NCBI GenBank assembly: GCA_041650515.1
Contig: JBAZLA010000001.1
Location: 221,866 to 285,865 of the forward strand
Direction of reading: 5' to 3'
Source of the DNA: Patescibacteria group bacterium
GTDB lineage: Bacteria > Patescibacteriota > Patescibacteriia > JACRDY01
DNA length: 64,000 bases
The notes below the pieces were generated by a model. It saw only the letters and a list, made by a program, of their open reading frames with translations. It was not told the origin of the DNA and did not search any database. Shown here piece after piece: positions 35,876 through 44,106 of the stretch. The translations under genes and the position numbers were made by a program. Each line of letters opens with the position of its first letter. Position 1 is the stretch's first letter.

Positions 35876-36742
35876 ATGCAAAAAGTACGCAAAGTTATTA
35901 TCCCCGCCGCTGGTTTGGGCACCCGTTTATTACCGGCCACTAAAGCGCAGCCTAAAGAAATGCTGCCAATTGTTGATAAGCCGATTATTCAGTATGTAGT
36001 AGAAGAGGCGGTGGCCGCGGGGATTGAAGATGTGATTATTGTGACCGGTAGTAATAAACGGGCGATTGAGGACCATTTCGATTATAATTACGAGCTACAA
36101 AACCAACTAAAAAAACAGGGCAAACACCGCGAGCGTCAGGAAATTAAGAAGATTGCTGATTTAGCCAATTTTATTTATATCCGTCAAAAGGGTCCTTATG
36201 GTAATGGGACGCCAGTGTTAAATTGTGCCAATTTAATTGGCGATGAGCCTTTTGCGGTTCTATGGGCGGATGATTTGATAGTCGGCCAAAAACCAAGACT
36301 GAAGCAGTTAATTGAAGTCTATGAAAGGTACGGTGACCCAGTCTTAACCGCGATTAAAACCGATACCGCCGGTACCAAAAAATATGGCATGATTGAAGGT
36401 TTAAAAATAGAAGAGAATATTTTGCAGGTAAAAAACATTATTGAAAAGCCAGGACCAGCGGCGGCGCCTTCTCTCTGGGCAGCGGTTGGAGGCTATATTC
36501 TAACGCCGGATATTTTTCCAATTTTAAGAAAGACCAAATTAGGCCGAGGCGGTGAGCTTTGGTTAGTGGATGCAATTTTTGCCCTGGCCAAACGACGTCC
36601 GATTTATGCTTGTTTAGTGGATGGCCAGTATTATGATGCTGGTTCGCCTTTAGGATTACTTAAAACCAACGTCGATTTTGCCTTGATGGATAAAAATATT
36701 AGCGAAGATTTCAAAAAATACCTAAAACAAATTATTAAATAG
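35876..36742 (+). CDS. galU: UTP--glucose-1-phosphate uridylyltransferase
   Basis: Start moved to MQKVRKVIIPAAGLGTRLLPATKAQPKEMLPIVDKP (ATG 35876); canonical GalU N-terminal motif. Confidence 0.9.
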   Translation: MQKVRKVIIPAAGLGTRLLPATKAQPKEMLPIVDKPIIQYVVEEAVAAGIEDVIIVTGSNKRAIEDHFDYNYELQNQLKKQGKHRERQEIKKIADLANFIYIRQKGPYGNGTPVLNCANLIGDEPFAVLWADDLIVGQKPRLKQLIEVYERYGDPVLTAIKTDTAGTKKYGMIEGLKIEENILQVKNIIEKPGPAAAPSLWAAVGGYILTPDIFPILRKTKLGRGGELWLVDAIFALAKRRPIYACLVDGQYYDAGSPLGLLKTNVDFALMDKNISEDFKKYLKQIIK

Positions 36743-36745
36743 TTT

Positions 36746-38143
36746 ATGTTTAAAAGCCAAACCCAAATCAAAATTTTGACCATTTTTTTACTTTTTGTTT
36801 TTTTGATTACAGCTGGTTTAGGTTGCAAAACCCCTTCTCAGGATGTTCAGCAGGCGACTCAGCCAGTCACTTTAAAATTTTGGCGGGTTTGGGATGACAA
36901 TGAAGATTTTAGTGAAATCATTGCTGCTTATCAGGCGGCTCACCCTTATGTCAATATTGAATATCGACGTTTTCGTTATGAAGAATATGAGCAGGCCCTT
37001 GTTGAAGCTTTAGCTGAAGATCGTGGTCCGGATATTTTTTCGATCAGTAACACTTGGGTCAACCGCTATTTAAGCAAGATTGCTCCGTTGCCCGATCAAA
37101 CTACTATGCCCTATATTAGTACGGTTAAACATCTGGGCATTCAGGAAGAGACAGTTGTTGAGATGAAGTCTAAAAAATCTATCACCCCTCGGGGTGTTAG
37201 AGAAAAGTTTGCTGATGTGGTCGGTCAGGATGTTATTTGGCAAGACCCAGAAACTAATCAGGAAAAAGTGTGGGGTCTACCTCTAAGTGTTGATACTTTA
37301 GCTCTATTTTATAATATTGATTTACTCAATAATGCTGGCATTCCTGAGCCGGCTCGGACCTGGGTTGAGTTTCAGGATCATGTCAAAAAAATCGTTAAAC
37401 AAGATAAAAAAGGTAATATTACTCAAGCTGGGGCGGCCTTAGGTACGGCTGATAATGTTGTGCGGAGTTTTGATATTTTATCATTGTTAATGATGCAAAA
37501 TGGCACTCAGATGAACGCTGGCAATTCGGTTATTTTTAATAGCATCCCCGACAGTTTGAAAGGCCGCGAGATGCCGCCGGGTGAGGAGGCTCTAATCTTC
37601 TATACTGATTTTGCTTACCCAGCTAAAGAAGTGTATACTTGGAATGAGGAAATGCCCAGTTCCCTTGATGCTTTTATCCAGGGTCAGGTGGCCTATTTTT
37701 TCGGCTACGCTTATCATTTAACCGATATCACGAATCGAGCGCCAAAGTTGAGGTTTAATTATAAGACCATGCCGCAGATTGAAGGGAACCCTGAGATTAA
37801 CTTTGCTAATTATTGGATAGAGACGGTTTCGAAAAAGAGTGCTAATACTAATATTGCTTGGGATTTTATTCAATTTGCTACTTCTGCCGAGCAAGTTAAA
37901 AGCTATCTGGATAAAACCGAGCGGCCGACAGCGCTCAAGGAATTAATCAGTACGCAGATTAATGATGAAGCGATGGCGCCGTTTGCCAGCCAATTATTAA
38001 CTGCCAAGAGCTGGTATCGCGGGCGAGATTATGCCACCGCTGAGAAGCTTTTTAAAGACATGATTACAGCGGTAGTTAAGGCTCAAATGACTGTACCCGA
38101 GGCGATTGATCTAGCCGCTTCGCGGATTCAGCAAACGATGTAA
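36746..38143 (+). CDS. Extracellular solute-binding lipoprotein (SBP family 1, sugar-type), orphan
   Basis: 465 aa; signal peptide with lipobox (GLGC); periplasmic binding fold pattern; no permease adjacent. Confidence 0.6.
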   Translation: MFKSQTQIKILTIFLLFVFLITAGLGCKTPSQDVQQATQPVTLKFWRVWDDNEDFSEIIAAYQAAHPYVNIEYRRFRYEEYEQALVEALAEDRGPDIFSISNTWVNRYLSKIAPLPDQTTMPYISTVKHLGIQEETVVEMKSKKSITPRGVREKFADVVGQDVIWQDPETNQEKVWGLPLSVDTLALFYNIDLLNNAGIPEPARTWVEFQDHVKKIVKQDKKGNITQAGAALGTADNVVRSFDILSLLMMQNGTQMNAGNSVIFNSIPDSLKGREMPPGEEALIFYTDFAYPAKEVYTWNEEMPSSLDAFIQGQVAYFFGYAYHLTDITNRAPKLRFNYKTMPQIEGNPEINFANYWIETVSKKSANTNIAWDFIQFATSAEQVKSYLDKTERPTALKELISTQINDEAMAPFASQLLTAKSWYRGRDYATAEKLFKDMITAVVKAQMTVPEAIDLAASRIQQTM

Positions 38144-38172
38144 AAATAATTATCAAGTAAAAATATCTGACT

Positions 38173-38883
38173 ATGGTGGAAACTAAGATAATAAAAAGAT
38201 CGATCTGGCCCAGGCTGATTCTGGTGTTGTTGGTTGTTTTGGTAATTATTATTTTTAATTTTACCGTGGCTCGGGCTGGTTTTGATGGTTATACTTGTGA
38301 AAGTCAGTCGCAGCAGGCAACAATTTGTGTTGGTGGTTGCACCAGCGATTGTCTCAGTTGTTCTGAGACTTCGGATTGTTGTTTAGATGGTGGCAGCAGC
38401 TGTGATACTGGCAGTACCACTGATACTGGCAGTACCACTGATACTGGCAGTACCACTCCGCAAGCATTACCAAAGTGTCAGGCCGGTTGGTATTCTAAAC
38501 CAGTTGGTTTGTTCGCTGATGTTGATCCTAATTGTTACGCCTGTGGTGATTGTACTCTGTGTGATTTTTTGGCGGTGGCTAATGGTTTAGCTAAAATTAT
38601 TTTTTCGGTTTTTGGTGGTGTTGCTTTGGTGATGTTTCTATGGGGTGGTTTAAGCTTTATTTTGGCCGGGGGAGCGGCTGAGAAGATTACTAATGCCAAG
38701 AAGATTCTAATTAGTGCGGTTGTGGGTATTGTGATAATTTTAGCCGCTTGGGAAATAGTTCATTTGGTAATCATCGTTTTTTCTACTTCGCCAGAGCAAT
38801 TACATAAGGGTAATTTTGTCACTGAGTTATTTTCGAATAAAGAAGGTAAGGGTTTACCTTGGAACAATCCGACCTGTAAATAA
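38173..38883 (+). CDS. TrbC/VirB2-like (T4SS pilin-like) family protein, paralog 1, with Cys-rich and GSTTDT-repeat insert
   Basis: 236 aa; N-terminal TM; C-terminal block FGGVALVMFLWGGLSFILAGGAAEKITNAKKILISAVVGIVIILAAWEIV shared with the ten downstream genes. Confidence 0.7.
   Translation: MVETKIIKRSIWPRLILVLLVVLVIIIFNFTVARAGFDGYTCESQSQQATICVGGCTSDCLSCSETSDCCLDGGSSCDTGSTTDTGSTTDTGSTTPQALPKCQAGWYSKPVGLFADVDPNCYACGDCTLCDFLAVANGLAKIIFSVFGGVALVMFLWGGLSFILAGGAAEKITNAKKILISAVVGIVIILAAWEIVHLVIIVFSTSPEQLHKGNFVTELFSNKEGKGLPWNNPTCK
38404..38457. repeat. 18-bp in-frame tandem repeat x3 (GATACTGGCAGTACCACT; encodes GSTTDT)
   Basis: Three perfect copies head to tail inside paralog 1. Confidence 0.9.
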
Positions 38884-38886
38884 AGT

Positions 38887-39315
38887 ATGAATAAAGTCCA
38901 AAAAATCATTATTTTTAGTTTGTTAGTCTTTATTGGTCTAACTTTTCTGGTTAATCTAGCCGTGGCTTTTGAGCCATTAAAAAACCCCTTGAATATTGAG
39001 ATTAAGAGCCCCGCCCAGGTCTATGAGTTGATCGGTCGGGTATCTCAGGCGATTTTGGGTTTAGTTGGTTCAGCGGTTTTTGTGATGTTCATTTACGGTG
39101 GAATTACCTGGTTGCTATCTGGCGGTGCCGAAGAAAAGATCAAAAAGGCTCGAGGAACATTAGTTTGGTCGCTCTTTGGCTTATTAATTATATTCACTAG
39201 CTACGCCTTATTAAGTTTTACCATCCGTTATATTACTATTGCGACTGGCGTCAGCACCGAAGCTTTTAGTGACAGCGGTAGCGATCAACCAGGTCCGCCG
39301 GCTGGTGGGCAGTAA
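38887..39315 (+). CDS. TrbC/VirB2-like pilin-like family protein, paralog 2
   Basis: 142 aa; signal/TM; C-terminal VGSAVFVMFIYGGITWLLSGGAEEKIKKARGTLVWSLFGLLIIFTSYALLSF. Confidence 0.75.
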   Translation: MNKVQKIIIFSLLVFIGLTFLVNLAVAFEPLKNPLNIEIKSPAQVYELIGRVSQAILGLVGSAVFVMFIYGGITWLLSGGAEEKIKKARGTLVWSLFGLLIIFTSYALLSFTIRYITIATGVSTEAFSDSGSDQPGPPAGGQ

Positions 39316-39321
39316 TCTGTA

Positions 39322-39351
39322 TTGACAATTTGGGGTAAAAGATATTATAAT
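39322..39351 (+). promoter_or_regulatory. Sigma70-like promoter (TTGACA, 18-nt spacer, TATAAT) upstream of paralog 3
   Basis: Consensus hexamers at 39322-39327 and 39346-39351; followed by RBS AAAGGGGG. Confidence 0.45.
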
Positions 39352-39406
39352 ATAGAGGTATTAATTAGTTTATTAATTTAATCTCCACAAAGAAAGGGGG
39401 TGAAGT

Positions 39407-39766
39407 ATGAACAAAATTATTAAAGTATCGACCTTAGTTTTCCTTTTGGCCCTGTTAGTTGTCCCACATTTTGCTGGTGCCATCGACTTGGGCTTGGGTT
39501 ATGCCACGGCCACTGGTTTGACCAGTACGGATATTCGCGTAACCGTTTCTCGGATTATTAACGTCGCCCTAGGTCTTTTGGGTGTTATCGCAGTGGTGAT
39601 TATTTTAGTTGGCGGCTTCAAGTGGATGACGGCTGGTGGTAATGAAGAAAAAGTTACCGAAGCTAAAAAATTGATTGCGGCTGGTGTTATTGGTTTAGCA
39701 ATTATCTTAACTGCTTATGCCATCGCTGCCTTCGTGATCAACTCCTTGCTCAAGGCCGTACAATAG
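39407..39766 (+). CDS. TrbC/VirB2-like pilin-like family protein, paralog 3
   Basis: 119 aa; C-terminal LGVIAVVIILVGGFKWMTAGGNEEKVTEAKKLIAAGVIGLAIILTAYAIAAFV. Confidence 0.75.
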   Translation: MNKIIKVSTLVFLLALLVVPHFAGAIDLGLGYATATGLTSTDIRVTVSRIINVALGLLGVIAVVIILVGGFKWMTAGGNEEKVTEAKKLIAAGVIGLAIILTAYAIAAFVINSLLKAVQ

Positions 39767-39822
39767 TTAGTTTGAGTAATCATTGAAGTGTTTAATGCCT
39801 CAGCTGGGTAATTAAATTTTTG

Positions 39823-39937
39823 GGGGCCCAGCCCCTTTCTTACTCACGATGATCATAGTTTCGCCTAATAGGATAATTTGGCGCTAGCTGTAGGTAATAT
39901 TAACTACCCGTGGTTGAGAAAGGGGCGGGCCCCCCTA
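39823..39937. repeat. GC-rich ~30-bp imperfect inverted repeat with 55-bp spacer between pilin-like genes 3 and 4
   Basis: TTTTGGGGGCCCAGCCCCTTTCTTACTCACG … CGTGGTTGAGAAAGGGGCGGGCCCCCCTAAA; about 27 of 31 arm positions are complementary. Confidence 0.7.
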
Positions 39938-39948
39938 AATAAGCATTT

Positions 39949-40353
39949 ATGAATCGGAAAAATATTAATAAAGTGTTGTTTCTTGCGTTGGTTGGTATTT
40001 TGGTTTTGCCAGTGTTATGTCTAGCAGCGACTCAACCCGGTACGGCTGATTTTGGCTTAACATCAACAGCGAGCCAGGCTTATGGCACTAAGCCAGCGCA
40101 GACTGATCCGACGGTGATTACTGGCACCATCATTGGCGTGATTCTTTCTTCATTGGGTATTATTTTTATGATCCAGGTTATTTTGGCTGGCATCAAATGG
40201 CTGACCGCTCAAGGTAATGAAGAGAAAATCACTAGCGCTCGCAAGAGCTTGATTCATTCTATCATTGGTTTGGTTATTGTTCTGTCGGCCTATACTCTAG
40301 TCTACTTTGTGATGGGGCAGATACTTTTTCCAGCTATTGGTATCAAGAAATAA
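39949..40353 (+). CDS. TrbC/VirB2-like pilin-like family protein, paralog 4
   Basis: 134 aa; C-terminal LGIIFMIQVILAGIKWLTAQGNEEKITSARKSLIHSIIGLVIVLSAYTLVYFV. Confidence 0.75.
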   Translation: MNRKNINKVLFLALVGILVLPVLCLAATQPGTADFGLTSTASQAYGTKPAQTDPTVITGTIIGVILSSLGIIFMIQVILAGIKWLTAQGNEEKITSARKSLIHSIIGLVIVLSAYTLVYFVMGQILFPAIGIKK

Positions 40354-40366
40354 TTTTGTATAATAC

Positions 40367-40777
40367 ATGAAAGTTTTTTCGAACAAAATACTGATAATCA
40401 TAGTCACCTGGTTTCTTATAATTTTTGCTGTTCCAGCCGTGGCTACTGAGGTGCCGCCAACCTTATTAAATGCCCCCGAACAAGCCGGTGGTCTAGCTGT
40501 TAAGGCCGGTTATCCCGAGAAACCGCGGGCACCAGAAGAAGTGGTCGGCCGGCTGATTTCTTATGCGATGGGCGCTTTGGGCGTTGTTTTCTTTGTCCTG
40601 ATGGTTTATGGTGGTTGGCTGTGGCTAACAGCTAGCGGCAATGAAGAACAAATTACTAAAGCCAAGAAACTAATTATCGAAGCAGTTATTGGTCTAGCGA
40701 TTATTTTTGCCGCTTATGCCATCACCTACTTTGTGGTTAGTAAAGCTCTAAGTAGCATTACGCCCGAGACAGAGTAG
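40367..40777 (+). CDS. TrbC/VirB2-like pilin-like family protein, paralog 5
   Basis: 136 aa; C-terminal LGVVFFVLMVYGGWLWLTASGNEEQITKAKKLIIEAVIGLAIIFAAYAITYFV. Confidence 0.75.
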   Translation: MKVFSNKILIIIVTWFLIIFAVPAVATEVPPTLLNAPEQAGGLAVKAGYPEKPRAPEEVVGRLISYAMGALGVVFFVLMVYGGWLWLTASGNEEQITKAKKLIIEAVIGLAIIFAAYAITYFVVSKALSSITPETE

Positions 40778-40784
40778 TAATATT

Positions 40785-41243
40785 GTGATATTGATTATGG
40801 CTAATATTTTTAAAAAAATCTATTTTCTAGCTCTTGTATTTTTATTACTCCTACCCTTGGTGGGCGTTTTGGCCGGTGATAAGGATGAGTGGAAACCCGG
40901 TAAGCTAACCAATATTACCAGTGAGCTGGAGCGAACTGGTGGTGAACAAGGTATGGGTGTGGATGTTGAAAATTTGAGCAAAGACGAGGCGCTGTATAAA
41001 ATTATTGGTAAGTGGGTTAATTGGGTAACTTCTTTTTTGGGTGTAGTGTTTACTTTATTAATAATCTATGGCGGCTGGTTGTGGTTTTCGGCTAATGGTA
41101 ATGAAGAAAAAATTACCCAAGCTAAAAAAATTATTATTAATTCAGTGATTGCCCTGGCCATAGTGCTGTTTGCTTGGATAATTACATCGACCGTATTGTA
41201 TTATACAGCTAGTGCTTCAGTGACTTCCGTAAGTGGACAATAA
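40785..41243 (+). CDS. TrbC/VirB2-like pilin-like family protein, paralog 6
   Basis: 152 aa; C-terminal LGVVFTLLIIYGGWLWFSANGNEEKITQAKKIIINSVIALAIVLFAWIIT. Confidence 0.75.
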   Translation: MILIMANIFKKIYFLALVFLLLLPLVGVLAGDKDEWKPGKLTNITSELERTGGEQGMGVDVENLSKDEALYKIIGKWVNWVTSFLGVVFTLLIIYGGWLWFSANGNEEKITQAKKIIINSVIALAIVLFAWIITSTVLYYTASASVTSVSGQ

Positions 41244-41248
41244 TTTAT

Positions 41249-41734
41249 ATGATATATGTAACACAATATGGTTTTTTGAAAATTATCTCAATACTATTTT
41301 TAGTATTGTTTTTGTTTAATAGTTTGTTAACGCCGGCTCTAGCTGTTGAGAACGCTTTGTTGGATATTGAGAATATGGCAAAAACTGGTGCCCAAGTGGC
41401 GGGGGAAGGTGGTTATTATACTGGCGATGACCCGGCGGTTGGTGCTAAAGTTTGGGTAGAGAGTACTAGTTATATTATTAGAATAATTATAACCTTTGTT
41501 GGTGTTTTATTTTTTGTTTTGATGATCTATGGCGGGGTTTTATGGATGACGGCTGGTGGCAATGAAGAACAGGTTAAAAAAGCCAGAAGTATATTAATCC
41601 AAGCATTGGTTGGTATAGTGATTGTTTTTGCTGCCTATGCCGTTACTGTCCTAGTATTTTATGTCCTTGGCAGTGAAACCTCTGGTGTTTATAATGTTGG
41701 TGAGATGCCGACAGATACACCTGAAGTTGATTAG
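41249..41734 (+). CDS. TrbC/VirB2-like pilin-like family protein, paralog 7
   Basis: 161 aa; C-terminal VGVLFFVLMIYGGVLWMTAGGNEEQVKKARSILIQALVGIVIVFAAYAVTVLVF. Confidence 0.75.
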   Translation: MIYVTQYGFLKIISILFLVLFLFNSLLTPALAVENALLDIENMAKTGAQVAGEGGYYTGDDPAVGAKVWVESTSYIIRIIITFVGVLFFVLMIYGGVLWMTAGGNEEQVKKARSILIQALVGIVIVFAAYAVTVLVFYVLGSETSGVYNVGEMPTDTPEVD

Positions 41735-41800
41735 CGGTTGGGACCTAATATTCTGGTAAATTATTAGTTTAAAAATAGTAAGAGGGTTTTTAGCTAGTTT

Positions 41801-42244
41801 ATGTCTATAAAATACAGTTATAAAATTTGTCTTCTGACCTTGTTAGCTATGATGTTAATTTCGCCATTGATTGGCTGTCTAGCGGGGGAAGAGGTTGACC
41901 TTAATGCAACGGTAGTTGATAGTTTACGTAATTCCGCTGGTGTTAAGGGTGCTGGTTATAACACGGAGGCAACAGAGGAAGGAACGAATGGAAATATTAT
42001 AGTTATCTACCTTGGTAGAATAATCAAATACGCCTTGACTTTTTTGGGTGTAATTTTCTTTCTTTTTATGATTTATGGCGGTATCCGCTGGATGGTTGCT
42101 CAGGGTAATGAGGAACAGGTGACTGAGGCAAAAAAAATGATTAAAAGTAGTGTTATTGGTTTGGTTATTATTCTATCTGCCGGAATTGTCGCCTGGGTTG
42201 TTTTTGAATATTTATTTAAGGCGACCACTGGTCAATCCAGTTAA
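41801..42244 (+). CDS. TrbC/VirB2-like pilin-like family protein, paralog 8
   Basis: 147 aa; C-terminal LGVIFFLFMIYGGIRWMVAQGNEEQVTEAKKMIKSSVIGLVIILSAGIVAWVVF. Confidence 0.75.
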   Translation: MSIKYSYKICLLTLLAMMLISPLIGCLAGEEVDLNATVVDSLRNSAGVKGAGYNTEATEEGTNGNIIVIYLGRIIKYALTFLGVIFFLFMIYGGIRWMVAQGNEEQVTEAKKMIKSSVIGLVIILSAGIVAWVVFEYLFKATTGQSS

Positions 42245-42258
42245 GTTTATCTAAATTT

Positions 42259-42735
42259 GTGTTTATGTTGATCGAGACAAAAAAAATTAAATTTTTATTC
42301 TCATTTATTTTGTTGGTATTTTGTTTATTACCGTCATTATCTGTGATGGCTGTAGAGCAACCTCATCAGACTGCTACAGACTGGCATCGTGATTTTATAA
42401 CTGCTAGTGGTTTTGCTATACCCGGTACGACCGAGGGTGCTAATCTAGAAAGTGGAATCACCAATATTATCGCGCTTATTTTGTCAGTTGTTTTATCGAC
42501 CTTGGGCGCAATCTTTTTGATTCTAGTTCTTTATGCTGGTATTCTGTGGATGACCGCTGGTGGCAACCAAGAGCAGGTGACTAAGGCTAAGAAGCTGTTA
42601 ATTAATGCTACCATTGGTTTAACGATTGTTTTGTCGGCTTATGCTATTACCTATATTGTGATGGCCTGGCTGGGTAATGCCATTGGTTATGATACTGGCG
42701 ACGGCTTTACGGCTCCGCCAGCCGGCTCTCTATAA
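42259..42735 (+). CDS. TrbC/VirB2-like pilin-like family protein, paralog 9
   Basis: 158 aa; C-terminal LGAIFLILVLYAGILWMTAGGNQEQVTKAKKLLINATIGLTIVLSAYAITYIVM. Confidence 0.75.
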   Translation: MFMLIETKKIKFLFSFILLVFCLLPSLSVMAVEQPHQTATDWHRDFITASGFAIPGTTEGANLESGITNIIALILSVVLSTLGAIFLILVLYAGILWMTAGGNQEQVTKAKKLLINATIGLTIVLSAYAITYIVMAWLGNAIGYDTGDGFTAPPAGSL

Positions 42736-42765
42736 ATCAAGTTAACTCATTGTCTGATATAAAGT

Positions 42766-43194
42766 ATGTATAAACGAATCACTATTTTTATCCTGGGGTT
42801 GGTTTTATTATCTAATATGCTGGGCGTTGGATTGGCGGCTGCTGCTGATGGTGAAGACCCGACAATTATGGGCACGCTGGGCCCGATTGCCACCCAGGCG
42901 GGCTATAGCGAGGATACGCAAGAGATGAGTGTGTTTATCATTGTGGCTAATGTTTTGTCTATTCTTTTTACTACTCTGGGCGTCATCTTTATGCTTATTG
43001 TGCTCTATGCTGGTTTTCGCTGGATGACGGCTGGTGGTAATGAAGAAAAGGTTACCGAAGCTAAAAAACTACTGATTAACGCGACAATCGGCTTAGCCAT
43101 TGTTTTATTGGCTCTGAGTATTACCTATTTTGTTGGCGGCGCCCTAGGGCCAGCGATTGGCGAAGAGTATAATCCCGCTCAAGGTTTCTTTTAA
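42766..43194 (+). CDS. TrbC/VirB2-like pilin-like family protein, paralog 10
   Basis: 142 aa; C-terminal LGVIFMLIVLYAGFRWMTAGGNEEKVTEAKKLLINATIGLAIVLLALSITYFV. Confidence 0.75.
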   Translation: MYKRITIFILGLVLLSNMLGVGLAAAADGEDPTIMGTLGPIATQAGYSEDTQEMSVFIIVANVLSILFTTLGVIFMLIVLYAGFRWMTAGGNEEKVTEAKKLLINATIGLAIVLLALSITYFVGGALGPAIGEEYNPAQGFF

Positions 43195-43211
43195 ACTTAA
43201 ATATTTGCTTT

Positions 43212-43661
43212 ATGGCTAAAAAGATTTTCTTTTCGATAATTTTGTTGTTTACTCTATCGCTATTAGTAGCTCCGGCTTTGGTTTTTGCTGAAAAAGATGA
43301 CCTTGGCGTACCCTGGGAAGAAGGTGAAGCCACGGTTTGGGATCGAATGAGATTTGGCTTACAGCCGACTGAGAAGATCGCCTATGGTATTGAAGGCGAG
43401 GTCAGAATACCGCTACTGCTAGATACCGTAATGTATTTGGTGCAGGTATTTTTGACTACCCTGGGTGTTATTTTTGTGATTATTGTGGTCTATGCTGGTT
43501 TTCGTTGGATGACCGCTGGCGGCAACCAGGAGCAAGTGACTGAGGCTCGTAAACTATTGATCAACGCCACGATTGGTCTGGCAATTGTCATTATGTCTTT
43601 ATCTATTACCTATTTTATCGTTTACGCCCTATTGTATAGTTCTAGAGGCACCAAGAATTAA
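43212..43661 (+). CDS. TrbC/VirB2-like pilin-like family protein, paralog 11
   Basis: 149 aa; C-terminal LGVIFVIIVVYAGFRWMTAGGNQEQVTEARKLLINATIGLAIVIMSLSITYFIV. Confidence 0.75.
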   Translation: MAKKIFFSIILLFTLSLLVAPALVFAEKDDLGVPWEEGEATVWDRMRFGLQPTEKIAYGIEGEVRIPLLLDTVMYLVQVFLTTLGVIFVIIVVYAGFRWMTAGGNQEQVTEARKLLINATIGLAIVIMSLSITYFIVYALLYSSRGTKN

Positions 43662-43684
43662 CATTGGTCGTTTATAGTTTACCT

Positions 43685-43709
43685 AAAAAGCCCCTTCGGG
43701 GGCTTTTAT
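43685..43709. terminator. Bidirectional rho-independent terminator (AAAAAGCCCC-TTCG-GGGGCTTTT)
   Basis: Perfect GC stem with A-run before and T-run after, between the convergent pilin array (+) and the PFOR delta-subunit gene (-). Confidence 0.75.
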
Positions 43710-43726
43710 TGTAGAGGGTTATTATA

Positions 43727-43999
43727 TTACTTTTCATCCCTAATCATGGTAATTGCCGCAAAGGGGCAGACCTTAGCACAAAGACCACAACCTTTACAAA
43801 AATCATAGTCGGTGTCTCGATAATTTTTATTATTCTTATTTGTTTTGCCAGTTGGATAGATTATGCCCTCGGGGCAGCTTTGTTCACAAAGGCCGCAGCC
43901 GGTGCACTGATCATGCAAAAACACTGGCTTAAATGTCCGCCAATTGCCGGTTTTATTTTTGGTGCTCTCGCCCGCTGGAGTTGAAGGTTGATATTTCAT
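43727..43999 (-). CDS. porD: Pyruvate/2-oxoacid:ferredoxin oxidoreductase delta subunit (2[4Fe-4S] ferredoxin)
   Basis: 90 aa; two CxxCxxCxxxCP clusters (CTGCGLCEQSCP and CKGCGLCAKVCP); follows the gamma subunit. Confidence 0.8.
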   Translation of the reverse strand: MKYQPSTPAGESTKNKTGNWRTFKPVFLHDQCTGCGLCEQSCPEGIIYPTGKTNKNNKNYRDTDYDFCKGCGLCAKVCPFAAITMIRDEK

Positions 44000-44106
44000 A
44001 GTTTAGTTCGCAGTCCGTAGTCCACAGTCCCCCTCGACGAGACCGGCCCTGAGTTTAGCCGAAAGGCTCGGGGCAGGCATAGTAGAGGAACGTTGAACCG
44101 CCAAGG

